A stretch of DNA of 64,000 nt, from positions 40,853,200 through 40,917,199 of the forward strand of contig JAUZTB010000118.1 of NCBI GenBank assembly GCA_034780895.1. The letters are read 5' to 3'. Source of the DNA: Rhynchobatus australiae (lineage: Eukaryota). Position 1 is the first letter of the stretch. Every line of letters begins with the position of its first letter. This document shows positions 20,711 to 34,440 of this stretch, piece after piece. A program made the translations under genes and the position numbers. Below the pieces are notes generated by a model. The model saw nothing but the letters and a program-made list of their open reading frames with translations, was not told the origin of the DNA and did not search any database.

Positions 20711-23700
20711 TACATTTTTAATGCATTGCATTTTCTTTGAAAATTATTTTAAATTTCATTAAGCATTTTATCTTAAATGTTGTTAACCACGTTGACCCTC
20801 AATTAATTTGAGCTACGCCAAATGAACCAAGGTCCAGCAAACAAGTTCAGATGCTGGGCTAGTGAGTCTGTGAGGAAAAGATGCAGAAGAGGCAGCCCTG
20901 GCTCATTGTTCTCCTGGCTGAATTTCAGCTCCTCCAAAATTCTGGTGCCTAGGTATGGGGTCCCAGATCACACCACATCCTGTTCATCCTCTGTTCCCAC
21001 CTTTTGTCCTTGCATTTGCTGATCTATATTGGTTCCCTCTGTCAGTCCACCATTTCCTCAGTTTAAGATTTGCATTGTGCTTAAATCCCTCTGTATTCTT
21101 GCCTGCCCTGGCTCAATCACTTCCTTCAGCTCTTCCACTCACTCAATCTCTGGACTCTTTCAATTCTGTACAATTCATGCATTTTCAGAGATAAGTGGTG
21201 CTTGGCATTTATCTCTGCCAATTGTTATTGTGTGTTCTTGGCCCCAGTGAACTACCCAAACACTTCAATTGGAATAATTTATTTATGAAACAATATAAAG
21301 TAAATGATCTCAATCTCATTTTCTCAGAAAATTTCTTCATTTTTCTATTTCATTTCTGTGTGGTCCAGTATTGAGGAAAAAGAGCGGCTCCCAGTTCCTC
21401 TTGCCTTCTGATCCCAATTTCTCTGACCTTCCAGTATGGAATATCTGAGAATCTGTGATTAGCTGCCAATTCTTTCTCCCACTCAGATGATGGCTGATTC
21501 ATGTCTTGATTCCATGTAGCCATTATGACTGATCAAGGCAGCTAGAGGGAGTCAAGGTGTAGATCAACCACCCTTTGATCAACAAAATTTACTGACCTCA
21601 GTTTTGAAATGTTCTGTTGGATCACCCCTATCTCCTCCAATCTTGCCACCTATCTCTGTGCAAAGAAGAGCTTCCTGACATAATCCCTGCTCAGCCTGGC
21701 TCTCAATGTAAGATTCTGTCGCCTGGTTCTGGATTCATATTTTTAATCACCTTTACATCTTCCAGCACATGGGAATGCAAGTTTTGTCTTTGCAATTTGC
21801 TCTTGAAGTTGAACCTTTTGACTTTGGATGTCTTCCTGGTAGATCCGTGTTTCAAGGCCAGTATACACCTTGACCACAGAGAGAATGCCTGTTTTCTGGC
21901 AATGGAATCCACCTGACTACTTCAGAACTGGTGGAAGGTCTGGCCATACCTGGTGGAGTGTGGTTACAGAGAGTGGCACAGCTCTCACATATCCAGGCAT
22001 GAGTCAGCAGTGATCTCCTGTACAATGTGAGAAGCTAGAAGTCATTAACAGTCTGTGTCTTGTACCTTGTCACTGGCTAAAGGCAGAGTGACCTGAAACA
22101 TTGCTGACAGAGTTGTTCTGTATGCATTAATAATCTGGAAGAAAGTTGGTGGAAACCCAGGCATTGTTGAAAGAATACCTATATGCAAACAATCACTGAT
22201 TACTGAGTTTCAAAGGTTTCATGGTCAACAAATNNNNNNNNNNNNNNNNNNNNNNNNNNNNNNNNNNNNNNNNNNNNNNNNNNNNNNNNNNNNNNNNNNN
22301 NNNNNNNNNNNNNNNNNNNNNNNNNNNNNNNNNACCTATTGAAATCTTGCCCCTGCTTCTCTTATTTGCACATCATTTATTGGTAGAGTGTAACTGGGTC
22401 CAGATCCTTGACAAAAATCAGCTGTTTAAAAACATTTTTTTTGCCTTTTTATTAATGGTGTTAAAGTAACTTCCCCCACACACAGGTTCCAATTCCTTGC
22501 TGTAACTTCAGTAAAACCGCAGCTGCCTCCTGCAACAGAATTTCCTTTGCAACTATCAGTGTGAAATGTTTTAATAAAGATATAAAATATCAAAAGAGGG
22601 AAAATAATTTAAAGAACTACATTTAAGAGCTATGTATCCCCCCTTTTTAACAGTGTCTGACTCCTGTATCAAGTGACAGCACGCCTCTGCTCATCCATGA
22701 GATTGTTCCTTCCCTGAAATTATGTTTTGGCATGAGCCTCCAGTGGGAAAAAGGGCAGAAGATGACACGTTCAGGATTTGAGCCACCAAGGAAAGACATA
22801 TTAGGTCATCTTCCCCAGCCTGTTGTGAATATAGCATTGATGCTAATAGCTGCTGGCTTATTAGTACTGGGTGACAGTGGGATGTGTCACTGTACAGGAA
22901 AGTGCTGCTGTCCTGTTCTCTAAAGTTGGCTGGCTTAGAGCAAAGACATACAGTAATTTACTCCCTCAGAATTATAACTGTGGGTATAAATTGAGGCATC
23001 ATCAAAATGTTAGGGCCAAGGTTTATCAAGGAAGGGTGCTGAAAACCTCTTGTGGCTTTCAACGCCCTCTTGGGATGCTAAGTCAAGAGGAGGTGTTAAT
23101 GCTACAGTTGATTTAATAGTCTGATGCTGAATGTCACCACCCCTCCTGTCAGCAGGTAATCAGAGGGCATTACCAACATTCCTTCCCTCATTAGTTGACA
23201 TTGCCCACAAGCTTTCTGCAGCCTGCAACGTGCCACTGTCGTCTGCTGGCTGTGGTCTTTGGAACCTGGCAGATCCTTTCTAATAGCTAGATCAAGTGAG
23301 GAATTTTTTTTTTCACTTGAGGTAGTTTTCTCTTCCCAAGGTCCCACTGTTTCTTGTTTCCTTGGTAAAGTTGGCACAATCCCGGACACACAAAAAGGCA
23401 TCTGTGATTGTTTGTATCTAAAGAGAGCTGGCACCTCCCCTTCCTCAAGTTTAATGCTAACACAGCTGCGACTTGCTGCTTTTAGAAACATTCCAACTGG
23501 GATTTAGGGAGCTATCTTTCCAGTGACGGATGCAGTTTCAGTTGCTATTAATTTCAGAGAAGTAGAATTTTTAACCTAAGGCTCCTGGCCCCTTCTCTCT
23601 TCTGACCAAATAAATAACTGAGAAACTAGTCAGCTTGGTTTGACTAAATGTACTGGAAAAGTCTGCCTTCAGTCCTTTTTTTTTCCCTCTGTGGGATTAC

Positions 23701-23879
23701 AGCATCTGACTTTGAGGGTGAAGTGTACAAGAGCTTTATATGATTCAGAATTAGGTGAACAGATGGAACTCCATCCCATCCCCATTAAGTTGATCCCAGG
23801 TACTGACAAACATCAGGGCTCAAAGCCGAGCTCAGTTGATAATGATATTGCAAATAGTGTTTTCATGCAATTTCACAGC

Positions 23880-24490
23880 TCAAGAAGAGGCCATTCATCC
23901 CATTGTGCCTGAGCTAGATCTTTGAAAGAGCAATCCACTTAATCCCACTTTCTAGTCTTTGCCCACAGTACTGCAATACTTTTCATTTTCATGAATTTAG
24001 CCAATTCCCTTTGGTAACTGTCTGTTCACACAGGATGTTCCAGATTGCAATAAAATGCTGAACTTTTAAAAGAAAACTCAACTCTCCTCATGCCCTTTAC
24101 CAATTATCTTGCATCTGTTCCTTCATTTACAGATCATCCTAACTGTATATATAGTTTGTATTTTATCAATGTCCATTTTGACTTTGAACACAAATCCAGT
24201 GTCCTTAACCTACTCTCCTGCAGAAAGAACCAGCCTAACTTCTCCAGTCTCTCCACATATCTGAAGCCCTTCTTCCCTGGTGTCATTCTAGTAAATCTGC
24301 TCTGAATCTTCTCCAAGGTTTGATATCTATACTAAAACTGTGGAGCTCAGAATGGAACACCATACTCCAGCTATGGACAAAACAGATTTATAATGATTTA
24401 GTGTAACTTCACAACTTACTTTCCAACAGCTTTCTCAACCTCTCAAGGATTTCAATACACATATCCATAGTACCCATGATTCCTTTAAAA
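23880..24490 (-). mobile_element. CR1-type LINE 3' fragment
   Basis: Minus ORF EKIQSRFTRMTPGKKGFRYVERLEKLGWFFLQESRLR resembles the CR1 ORF2 motif LERVQRRFTRMIPG...YEERL..LGLFSLE.RRLR; 3'UTR at about 23885. Confidence 0.85.
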
Positions 24491-25129
24491 TTGCACCTAC
24501 TCAGTTTACAAACAATTAAGATGATTCATAAATCCCACAATCTTTATTGTTCAGCTGCCTGTGCAGCAATCTCTTGACATCTCAGACAATAAGCCCTGAT
24601 GGTAGCCATACTTGTTCACTCTTTCCAGGTCTTTCAGTTCACCTCTGGACTGACTGGCTGAAGAATTGATCAGAGTATTCATGGTGCTTCGTTCTGTCTC
24701 TCTCCCAGCACTGTTTTATCAAGTGGTGGCTCAGAGGCGATGAGTAATTAACCAATTTGTTCGCAGTGAAGCCAACCATATTTTGAGAGAGGCATATGTG
24801 AGGTATCTGTTGGAGATGGGAAGAAGCTTCTCTGATGGAATCCAGTCCATTAATTGATCTTCCTTTGGATTTTTAACATTCCATTCTGTCCATGCAGGTT
24901 TGAATCTGTTGCGAAATTTTAGTTGGTGTGCTGTGAACTTTTGGCTGACTTGAAATTTCTTTTCAGTTGTAAAGGAGCAGGACTTTAGGCCCATTTTGAC
25001 AATGTTGCCTTTTTGTGAAAGGGCTCTCCAATTAGTTCCACTCCTCTACTCTTTCCCTGTGGCTCTGGAAATTTTCACTTTTAGATAATTCAAATTGAAA
25101 AAATTGCACCCAGTGATTAAAAATTGCCC

Positions 25130-28000
25130 TGTTGGTATTTGAAAGAAAACTCTGATTTGTTTGCGTATTAGTTTAAAGAGCGCACTGTTCAGCGATGCAT
25201 GTTGTAATTATTTGTTGCTGCGATGATTTCCTGAATTCAACTTTTGTCTGAATACGACAACGGAAACTGCTGCTCCAATCGCCATCATAAATTCTCCCTT
25301 TGCAAACTCTCCAGGTTGGGGGTTAACCCATGGATTGAACGGCTTGACAAAAATAACAGCAATGGTTCAGAGGTGTCTGCACGTTTACCCTTTTCCTTAC
25401 ATTTGCCATTGAGGCCACCTGATTCGGAGCATCCAGTAACGGCCTCGTAACAGGTTGTAGCCCTGCCCTGCGAAACCTTGATGTATTTTTCTTTCCCCCT
25501 TTAATGACTAACTCTGAATTAAATCTCAGCATTAGTGGGAATTGATATCAGCAGTAATGTGCCCTTATCTGAGATTTTGTTAAAATATTGTTTTATCGAG
25601 GGATAAGACGAAAGGCCAGTTCATGCAAACATTAAAAAAATAATGGCATCAACATTAGCCTGAAGCAAGGGAAAGATCTATTCAGCTTTTATTTGCAGAA
25701 CTGTTTTTGCAATCTTTCTGTGTGTCTGTGTGCGTGCACGCGCGCGCCCGCACGCGAGCGTTTTCTCTCTCTCCCTCCCTCTCTGCCAAACGCCTGTCAC
25801 TGCAGAGGGAGGGAGGGAGGGGTGTGGGGGGAGGGAGACTGCTAAAATCGTGTCACGTAGCACTAATTCATCTGCACTCATTAGAGTGAGCTGGGGACAG
25901 CAGTGATGGCCAAGAGCTCCACTCTNNNNNNNNNNNNNNNNNNNNNNNNNNNNNNNNNNNNNNNNNNNNNNNNNNNNNNNNNNNNNNNNNNNNNNNNNNN
26001 NNNNNNNNNNNNNNNNNNNNNNNNNNNNNNNNNNNNNNNNNNNNNNNNNNNNNNNNNNNNNNNNNNNNNNNNNNNNNNNNNNNNNNNNNNNNNNNNNTTG
26101 AAGGACCCAGGGTATTATATGTCATTGACAAGTCACAACTGTACCTCAGAGCTTTAACCCCTTAGGTGGCACGGGAGAGGATTGACTGTACAGGCACAGC
26201 AATTGATAAGAATAGCTAATTCCCATTAGGGAAAACCGTTAGCCGGGACAGCCAGGAATAGTGTGGCGTGGGCGGGGCTGAGCGTCAGACTGGACGGGCT
26301 GGTTTTTGTATAAAATGAGAAGGCTTTCTGGTCCATGTTGAAGGAGAGATTTGGTGTTGCTTGAAGCTGAGATTGTCATTCGGGTTAGCACGAAAGGGTT
26401 TTCATTACTGGGTGGTGAGAAGGGGGTTAATTTTGTTCCCACATTCGTATTTTATTGTTAATGGTTAAATGCCTATTATCACTTTTAACTTGTAGCGATA
26501 TTAACAGTTTCACATTTTTTTAAAACAGCCATGCAGTTTCTCTTTAATTCAACTCCTAGGGAGACATAGTTTCCATTCAGTACGGATACTTTGACAAAGA
26601 ATAGTAGCTAAATTGATACAAGAGAATTGAAATCCGCCTCCGCCATTTAGTGAGGTGTGCGGAAAAAAAGCCTTTCAACGATGGGATTGAAGTGACATTG
26701 ATAAAAGAAAAAAATGATCCCAGTGATAAAACATACAATTAAATGCTTTTCGTCAATTAATTAATCGGCCTTGTCAGTTGTAGGGTATTTGTTGATTTGA
26801 AATAATGATATTTACTTTGGGATCCACGCAATATAAACAATCCAGTTCATTGCGGAATACTGTGCCCGAGAACGGGTGTATATTGGAATATTGTGGTGGG
26901 TTAGCCCGTGTAATTCTCCCAGCGTGCAGCACAGTGTTCCACTCTTTGGATGAAAGGTTGGGTTGACTTTGGTTGAAGTATACAGCCGTGTTGTTTGCAA
27001 GGCCGCTGATACGGGCGCTTTCTTTGCTACGTACCCACTGGCAATTCAAGTGAAAGTTGTGGAAACGCCGTGACTGTCAGCGGACGCTCGCAGTTCAGAA
27101 ATCAAGGCCAAAATACTTCCCCTGGCAGCCGGTTGATCCCAGAGCAGGAAGATTTGGTCGGGAGTTGAAAGTTCCCTGAACCAGAAACGGGCGGCTGGTA
27201 ATTGTGACTGGTGGGTGTGGGCATCGGGGAGCGCGCAATAAGGTGAAACCGAGCGGGAAGCCTACTCCCATCTTCAAGTCAGCGGGATGTTACTTGGAGA
27301 CAGTGGACGTTATTTGTTTGAGCCCAGGCTGCAGTCCAGGGCTATGCTCAGTTCTTCAGGGGGAGCGGAGACGGGAAGCTGGACTCCAAAAAAGCCAAAT
27401 ATCTCCGTTCCATTCGAAGCACCAAGGTCGGGACCTATCCACCAGCCGCCAGCGAGTGGGGTCCTAGAAGGTGCCGCTCCGCACCACGCTCAATGCAAAG
27501 TGCGCAGGCAGCTGCCTCCGCTGACTAGTCCACTTCACTGACCAACCACACACAACCCATGCTTGAAGGAATCGAAAACTGCCGATGCTGGAATTCTGCA
27601 ATAAAAACAGAATGGTCATCGATCTAAAAAAAAAGCGAGCTCTATTCCTTCCTCCACAGATGCTGCCTGACCGGCTGAGAATTACCAGCGCTCTTTGTAT
27701 TTCCTTTTTAAGGGAAGGTGGTTGGGACCATTCTCTGGGCTAGGTCAGCTTTGACTGCTGATGGAACTCTCCAGTCGCTCTCAGTCTGTCAGGTCACTGA
27801 GAAGTGGAGAGATGGGCGACCGACGTTCGCGAGAGGCGATGTCAGTGGCGAAACCCAGCGAGACTGTAGCGGAGTTCCCCGCTCGCAATCTCCTCCCGCT
27901 CCGGCTCCGATTCAGCTGCACCACTTCCAGCTGATGCGCAGCTCTGCATTTGGCTTGGTCTCTCGAGGGTTGTTTCTGTAGGGAGAAAGTGCAGTGTGGA
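25130..28000. promoter_or_regulatory. Intronic CpG-enriched domain, candidate alternative promoter or enhancer
   Basis: CG-rich. gtgcacgcgcgcgcccgcacgcg at about 25734, GGGA repeats at 25806-25836, GC box gggcgggg at about 26270. Confidence 0.55.
27572..27705. mobile_element. Internally deleted palindromic Penelope-terminus element
   Basis: actgccgatgctggaa ... ccacagatgctgcctgaccggctgagaattaccagc. Confidence 0.7.
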
Positions 28001-29745
28001 TTTTAAGATGATAATAGAGAAGGACACAAGAATGACGAAAACCACGTTGATAGATTTATGAAAAGCCGAGTCTGAAAGACTGAACAAGGAACTTGGGAAG
28101 AAAAATGTGCAGCAACACTGACAAACAACGGGAGCAGCAATGGGAAATATTTAAAACCGTGCTCAGAGTGCAGGAAATATTTTTCTGAAAGGAAAAATTG
28201 AACTAAAGTCATGAGATTCCATGAATAAATAAAGGCAAGGGACCAATTGAGGGTGCGGAAAGAGGCAAACATTAAAGAGCGGCACAGAACAGAATTTGAA
28301 GGGATTAGAAGTAAAAGACATTAGGAGGCGAAAGAGGAACTGTGGGATTAAATGATCAGGGAAAAAAAGAGAAAATAGTAAAATAGAACAGGGGATATAT
28401 TCAATAAACGAATCAAACTCAAAGCTAAAACCTTTGCTCCAGACAAATCCACTCAATTTTGCCGAAATGTAATAATCGGTTTAAAAAAAAGTGTAGTGTG
28501 AGAGGACTGATAAATATCTAATGTAAAACGTACATTTAAGAAGGGAGATAGAACATGGTAAAGGAATTATGGACCAATGGGCTTAACATCGCAATAGGGA
28601 AAAAAAAAGCGGAAACCCTCCTAAAAGAGTAAAAACCAGAAGCTTTAGACATGAAAAGTCTAATAATGAATAGACTGTTTGGGTTTCAACGTGGTAGATC
28701 TTGCTGGACAAACCTTTATTGGCTGTTTTTTTAAGAAGAGGAAACAGATAGACTAGACAATGGTAATGTAATTAAAACCGAAGACTTTGGACACGGTCCC
28801 CATAAAAGACAAACGAATACAGTCAGAGAATGTGAAGTGAGAGGTGAAATAGGGAGTTGGAGCAAACGGTGGCTATTCCCAGTGGAAGTAGGTAAGTAGT
28901 GGAGTTCCACAAAGATTGGTGCTGGGACCACAGCTCTTCACAATTACAGTAACAAATCAGACTCCAATCCAGAGCACAATTTCTCGATTTGTGGATGTTG
29001 CTATATTTGCAATACTGGGGAAAACAGCATGTTAAAGAAGGACATTAACAAATTTACAGAATGGAAAATATAATTTAAAAAAATCAACCCAGATAAGTAT
29101 GAGGTAGCATGTTCTGGTAGGAAGATAGTGGAGCCACATTACCTGGACGGTCGGTGTGAGTCTAGGTGGGGTTAAAGGAACAAATCCACCAATCACTAAA
29201 AGTTGCACTCCAGGTTAGTAAGACCATAAAACAAGTAAAGCACGAGGATTTATTTCAAGATGGATAGGACTGAAAAGTACAGACGTTGTTAAATCTGCTT
29301 TGAACCTTGTTTAGACCACATTTAGAATAATGAGTACAGTTGTGATCAATGCAGCGGCACTGGGGAAGGTGCAAAGATGATACCAGAAATGTAAGGGTGT
29401 ACATATAACCTAAAGATGAACAGACTAGGTCCCTTTTCTCTTGGAAAAAAGGCTGATGGGTGTCCTAATAGAGGTCTTTAAAACGATGAACCATGTTGAT
29501 GAACGGAATGCAGAAGAAACACATATCCAGTGGCGGGGAAGAGTGTAATTAGATGGTGGTCNNNNNNNNNNNNNNNNNNNNNNNNNNNNNNNNNNNNNNN
29601 NNNNNNNNNNNNNNNNNNNNNNNNNNNNNNNNNNNNNNNNNNNNNNNNNNNNNNNNNNNNNAGAAAAAAGTCATATAAAGAATTCAAATAAAACCTCTTT
29701 ACTCAAAGAGTGTTGAGAATGTGGGACTTGGTCCCGTATGAATTA
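28000..29745 (+). mobile_element. Long decayed CR1-type LINE ORF2 remnant
   Basis: Collinear RT-region motifs: ggagttccacaaagattggtgctgggaccacagctcttcacaatt (GVPQGSVLGPQLFTI), gatttgtggatg (FADD-like), ttagaccacatttaga (VRPHLE), ttttctcttggaaaaaaggctga, tttactcaaagagtgttgagaatgtgg (FTQRV..W). Many frameshifts and deletions. Confidence 0.85.
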
Positions 29746-29767
29746 ATAGCTCAGTGCATTGAGTTTG

Positions 29768-30140
29768 TTAGCACAGTGGTTATGCTACTGAACGAGCAAC
29801 CAAAGTTCTGGGTCACTGATCAGACTTATGAGTTTGAATCTTCCCATAGTAGCTGGGAAAATTAAACACACGTAATTAAATAAATCTGGATTTTTTTTTG
29901 TTTTTGGAAAAAGCGAATCTCACCAATGGTAACCATGAAACCACTTGATTGTCCTGAAACCACTTCTACTTCACTAATGTAAAAGAAATCTACTATTTTT
30001 AACCAATCCGGCCCATATGTGATCGCAGACCCATCAATGTGGTTGACTCTCAACTGCTTTCTCGGTTAAGGGATGATGAGAGATAGACAGTAAACGCTGG
30101 CATTGGTAGCCTCGGCCACATTCATAGAATGAATAAAAGC
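29768..30140 (+). mobile_element. tRNA-derived SINE of an elasmobranch-type family
   Basis: A-box-like tagcacagtggtta, B-box-like gagtttgaatc, body atggtaaccatgaaacc...aatgtggttgactctcaactg, ending gaatgaataaaa. Confidence 0.7.
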
Positions 30141-32400
30141 AAAGGAGAAGAAGATCGAGGGTTATACTGTCATATTTATACAAGACTGGAAGAGGGTCGA
30201 GCGGAGCATAAATGTCGGCGATATCTTTCCAAATCAGAAAGGTGTGAGACTTGGAGGATAACTTCCCACAATGCCCACGTCCTTCTTGGTAGAAGGGGTC
30301 GTGGGTTTCTGAAGGAGCCGGTCCCAATCGACCCTTGGTCTTCTTCTTCCCCGAATTCTGTGCTTGGCATGTTGATTATTCAGATGAAGCCAGGATTCGT
30401 GCTCCCCATGTACTGCGCGCTGGATGTGATAGAATTTCTGCAGCATGCCATTCTCCATCACTTTTGGTGACAGTTAAAATACTTGTCATGGAAACCGAGA
30501 GATATTGTTACTTTTCCGCTTGTAGAAACTGGATAGACTCACGATCATGTACAGAGAATTGTACCAAGTAATTAAAAGTGGTGCAACATTAAACTCGTGC
30601 AGTAAATCAAGCCGAATTGCCACAGAGTTTCCAGTGCTTTATTTTTGGACAATCTAATGCAAATCCGCAAGTTGTTCCATTTTCACTATGTTGGACCTGA
30701 GATCTGGTCCATAAAGAGTTAACCAAGACTATTAACATTTCAGGTCCTAGATGCGCTCAGCTGATCCACTCAATGAAGCTTTCCAAAAATTACTCAACCC
30801 CCCGCTGGCTTGTGATGTCTTGCAACTCAATCAGTGTTTAATTACTGTCTTTGTGTCAGTAGCTAGTCTGCGGTAGTGGTGCCTGAGATTGTGTACTAGC
30901 ATGTAAATGTATGTTTGAATGAAAGTATGTGACTTGTATTTGTGAGTGTGTGTGTATTTAAGTAAGGGCGAGAATGCATAAATGTATATGAGAATGACTG
31001 GAACTGCTTGGATGCGTGTGAGGGAAAGTGTGCTTNNNNNCTTAAGACGGTGTGCGTGTACGCGCGGACGCGAATGCGTGAGTGGCTGAATTTGTAGACT
31101 TTCGAACTTTTCTGAAGTCTATTGCTGACAGCTTTGTCTACTGCATACTTCCCCCTCCTGTCATATGTGAAGGATGAGACCTGGTAGAACCGCCGCAGTG
31201 CGAGCAGCGCTCCCCAAGGCTCGGCAGCCTTTGTAACAAAGCTGAAGGGGCAAAAATGGGCTGCATCTTTTTTTAAGCACTATTCCCTGGTTCTTGACTG
31301 GAGGATGCCTTTCCCTTCTCTCTGTTTTTGATAAATTTACAAAGTCAAATCGCTGACACAGATGGATAATCCAAGTGTGCAGGGTGAAGAGTTATAAATT
31401 AACACATTATTCCCTCTTAATGTGAAATACTTGAGAATGCATTTTCCTAGTCCCTGGCGTCTGTACAGTGAGGGCTCACATTGTACTCTTCAAGTGGCAT
31501 TGATTTGCTAAAGCGCTGATTTAGCACGCCGACCCAGCTGCCTTGCCAATCCAGTGTTGCCGGGTTTGTTCTTCCCGCTGTCTGGGCCACACACACTGGA
31601 CTGCTGCTGGCTGCTTACGCCAGCTTTTCCTCCTCGTTGTTTCTCCGCACTGTCCCAAGCAATATGTCATTAAAACAGTAAGCGTAAGCAGCGCTTGCAT
31701 TTAAAAAAAAGTAATCCCCACCCCCACTGTTGGCTCCAAGAGATTCCTGAGAGCGTGCGGACAGAGCTATGCGGACAGGGAGGGGAACAGAAGGCTGTGT
31801 GGGGAGGGGTAGACGACTCCAGCCCAGGGAACAAGTCGTCAGCGAACGTTGGAAGGGCAGGCTGAAGGAATCAATTTGCACCGCCACAAACTTGCATCGT
31901 CAAGGGGGAGACGCGACCCTGAATGTCGGGGTGAGGCTGCGAGACTGAGCGATTCCTCACTTGCTATTGCACTGAGACCACGAGAGTGCTGTTTAAAAAT
32001 GTCGAGAGTCAGTCGAAGCTGTGGCGTTGTAATGGCTGGGTTCTCCGCGGCCGGCATGGAGCCAACTCAGATTGACAGCATTTCGTTCTTGCAGTGAATC
32101 GTAGTTTTATCCCATAACAGAACATGCTGGAGCGGCCGAGTGGACCACTCCGTTTCCCATTTGCCACTTGTAAGGGGTACCTTTGACAGGAATTATTTCA
32201 CCGTTTCAGACGGATTTACTATTTGAACACCTGCTTTCGTGGATTTTCTCACACACAAATACATGTACAGACACTATCGCAACATAGATACACAGCTACA
32301 GACGCACACAGACGCATACGCTATCACAGATACACGTGTACACATGTGGGTGAACACACGCAGAAGTAATTGCTGAATCTGATTTACAACCTGATACATG
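30100..32400. promoter_or_regulatory. Second intronic CpG-enriched domain
   Basis: Frequent CG (tacgcgcggacgcg at about 31059, ccgcggccggc at about 32045) in otherwise unique sequence. Confidence 0.5.
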
Positions 32401-33419
32401 AAAAAGGCGATCATTCAGAAACCAACTGGATCTGTTACATGGACAAATAATCTTGTATTTCCATCAGTAATGAGCAATTCACATAAGAATTTAGGGGTTA
32501 GCACATCTCTTAACCCGAAGTTCATTGTTATTTGGCATTTTCTTGTCTGTGTTCCACAATGGCCAGGGCAAAAGGCTAGCGTGTGTCTTGCCACCACATT
32601 CTTGCCAGTGCTGCTCTCTACCCGCTCATCTGCAGAGTATTTTCTTGGTGATTTGGAATAGTTCTTTCAGCTGTTGATGTTGGAATGCAGCAGGGTAGCT
32701 AACCAAGGTCGAATCTCTCTCTGCTGAGCGTGTGGTTAACAGAGATAATTGGAGTTTAAAAAAAAACATAAAATGATGAGGGAGAAGATGGAGGAGCTTT
32801 TACTTTAAGTAAATCATTCAGGATTAGCTATTGGCTCCAAAAGTAGTGGAGCAATAATACATACTCATATTACCAAATGTCACACACAATCATTGCAGAA
32901 GGCTAGAATATTCGCAGTTACTTGTGGCCGGACACATCAAATCACGATGTATATTCTCAAACATGGTATGTGCAGTGTTACTGCAGATATTGGCCTGCTC
33001 GCACCTGGCATAGTGGAGGTTCTCAGTAGGGTAGAGGCAGTTGCCTTTTCCTGGGCATCAGCGATTCATTGCTGTTGGGGATTGTGAAGGAGCGTTTCCA
33101 CTTATTGGTTACCATGTGGTTGGGATGTTGCTAATCTTGGATCTTGGACAAGCTGGGGAATTGAGAGTCGAGCTGATCGGGTGAATGAGGAACTTGTAGC
33201 CTGAAATTTTTAAGACTGAAATGAGTAGATGTGGTCTTTGAAATAAGGGTACAGGGAGATGTAAGTTACAGAGCAGAGATAATTAACTTGGTGGAAAAGG
33301 CTCAAGATACCGCATACCTTTGGTAGATTGATAATAATCTGGCCATACATATCTAAATCATCAGATTAATGTAAATAGTGGCCAATAGCTTCCAGCAGAA
33401 AAGACAATCAAAGCCATTG

Positions 33420-34440
33420 TTTAATATTTTGTTCAAGAGATGGCATAGTCTCGAGTGTGTTTGGATTTCAGTGATTCAGTAAGGTCCCACACTGGAGGCT
33501 GGTCTACAAAGTTAGGGCACATGGAAGTGAAGGTAATGTAATTAGTTATCAGGCAAACAGCAAAGAGTGGGGAAAAAATAGATCATTCACAGGTTGGCAA
33601 GATGTGACTAATGGAGCACTGCAGAGATCATTGCTTANNNNNNNNTAGGCTCCCACTTTTCACAACCTGCAACATGGAAAAATGTAGAATAGTACAGCAT
33701 AGGAACAGGTCCTTTGGCCCACCATGTCTACGTCACCCGTGATGTCAAAATAAAACTAACCCCATATGCCTGCATATGGTCCATATCCAGGTAACATCCT
33801 GGTGAACCACTTCTGCACCCTCTCCAAAGCTTCCACATCCTTCCTTCAGTGTGGCAACCAGAACAGCACACAATACTCCCAACATGGCCTGACCAAAGTT
33901 TTACACAGCTGCAACTAACCTGCCAACTTTTTTGCTCAACACCCTGATCAATGAAGGCAAGCATTCTGTATGCCTTCTTTATCACCCTATCTAATTTTGT
34001 TACTTTCAGGGAGCTCTGGACTTGCACCCCAGGATCCCTGGCTTTGGTCCCCTCCGCCACATCATTATAGACCAGTTGTAAAGCTGGACAGAGAAAATAG
34101 CAATTGGAGTTTACTTCACACAAGTGTGAAGTGCTGCATTTTAGGAAGTTAAATGGAAGTATAAAGTAAATGGTAGGACCCTTTGTGCTCATTGTCAGTG
34201 CTCCTAAGGGTCCTACCATTTACTGTATACTTTTGTCTAGTATTTGACCTCCCAAGATGCAGCACCTTTTACTTGTCTGGATTAAACTGCATCTGCTATT
34301 TCTCTGCCCAACTTTCTAACTGATCTCTAATGATGTGGCTGAGGGGACCAAATGCCATATTTTCCAGTTTGCCAGTGTTACGAAACTAGGTGGGATTATA
34401 ATTGGGGAGGTGGATGTTAAATGACTTCAAGGGACTACAG
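33420..34440. mobile_element. Nested CR1 cluster: older + strand copy (33420-33670, resuming at 34329-34440) interrupted by a - strand copy (33685-34328)
   Basis: Plus motifs ttggatttcag...aaggtcccacac and aatgatgtggctgaggggaccaaatgc...aaactaggtggg (ND.DEGTKC...TKLGG). Minus ORF LDRVIKKAYRMLAFIDQGVEQKSWQV and minus 3' tail at about 33690. Confidence 0.85.

Noticed and set aside
29768-29860. tRNA gene (also 54966-55070)
   Set aside because: Only degenerate A/B boxes attached to SINE bodies; no cloverleaf.
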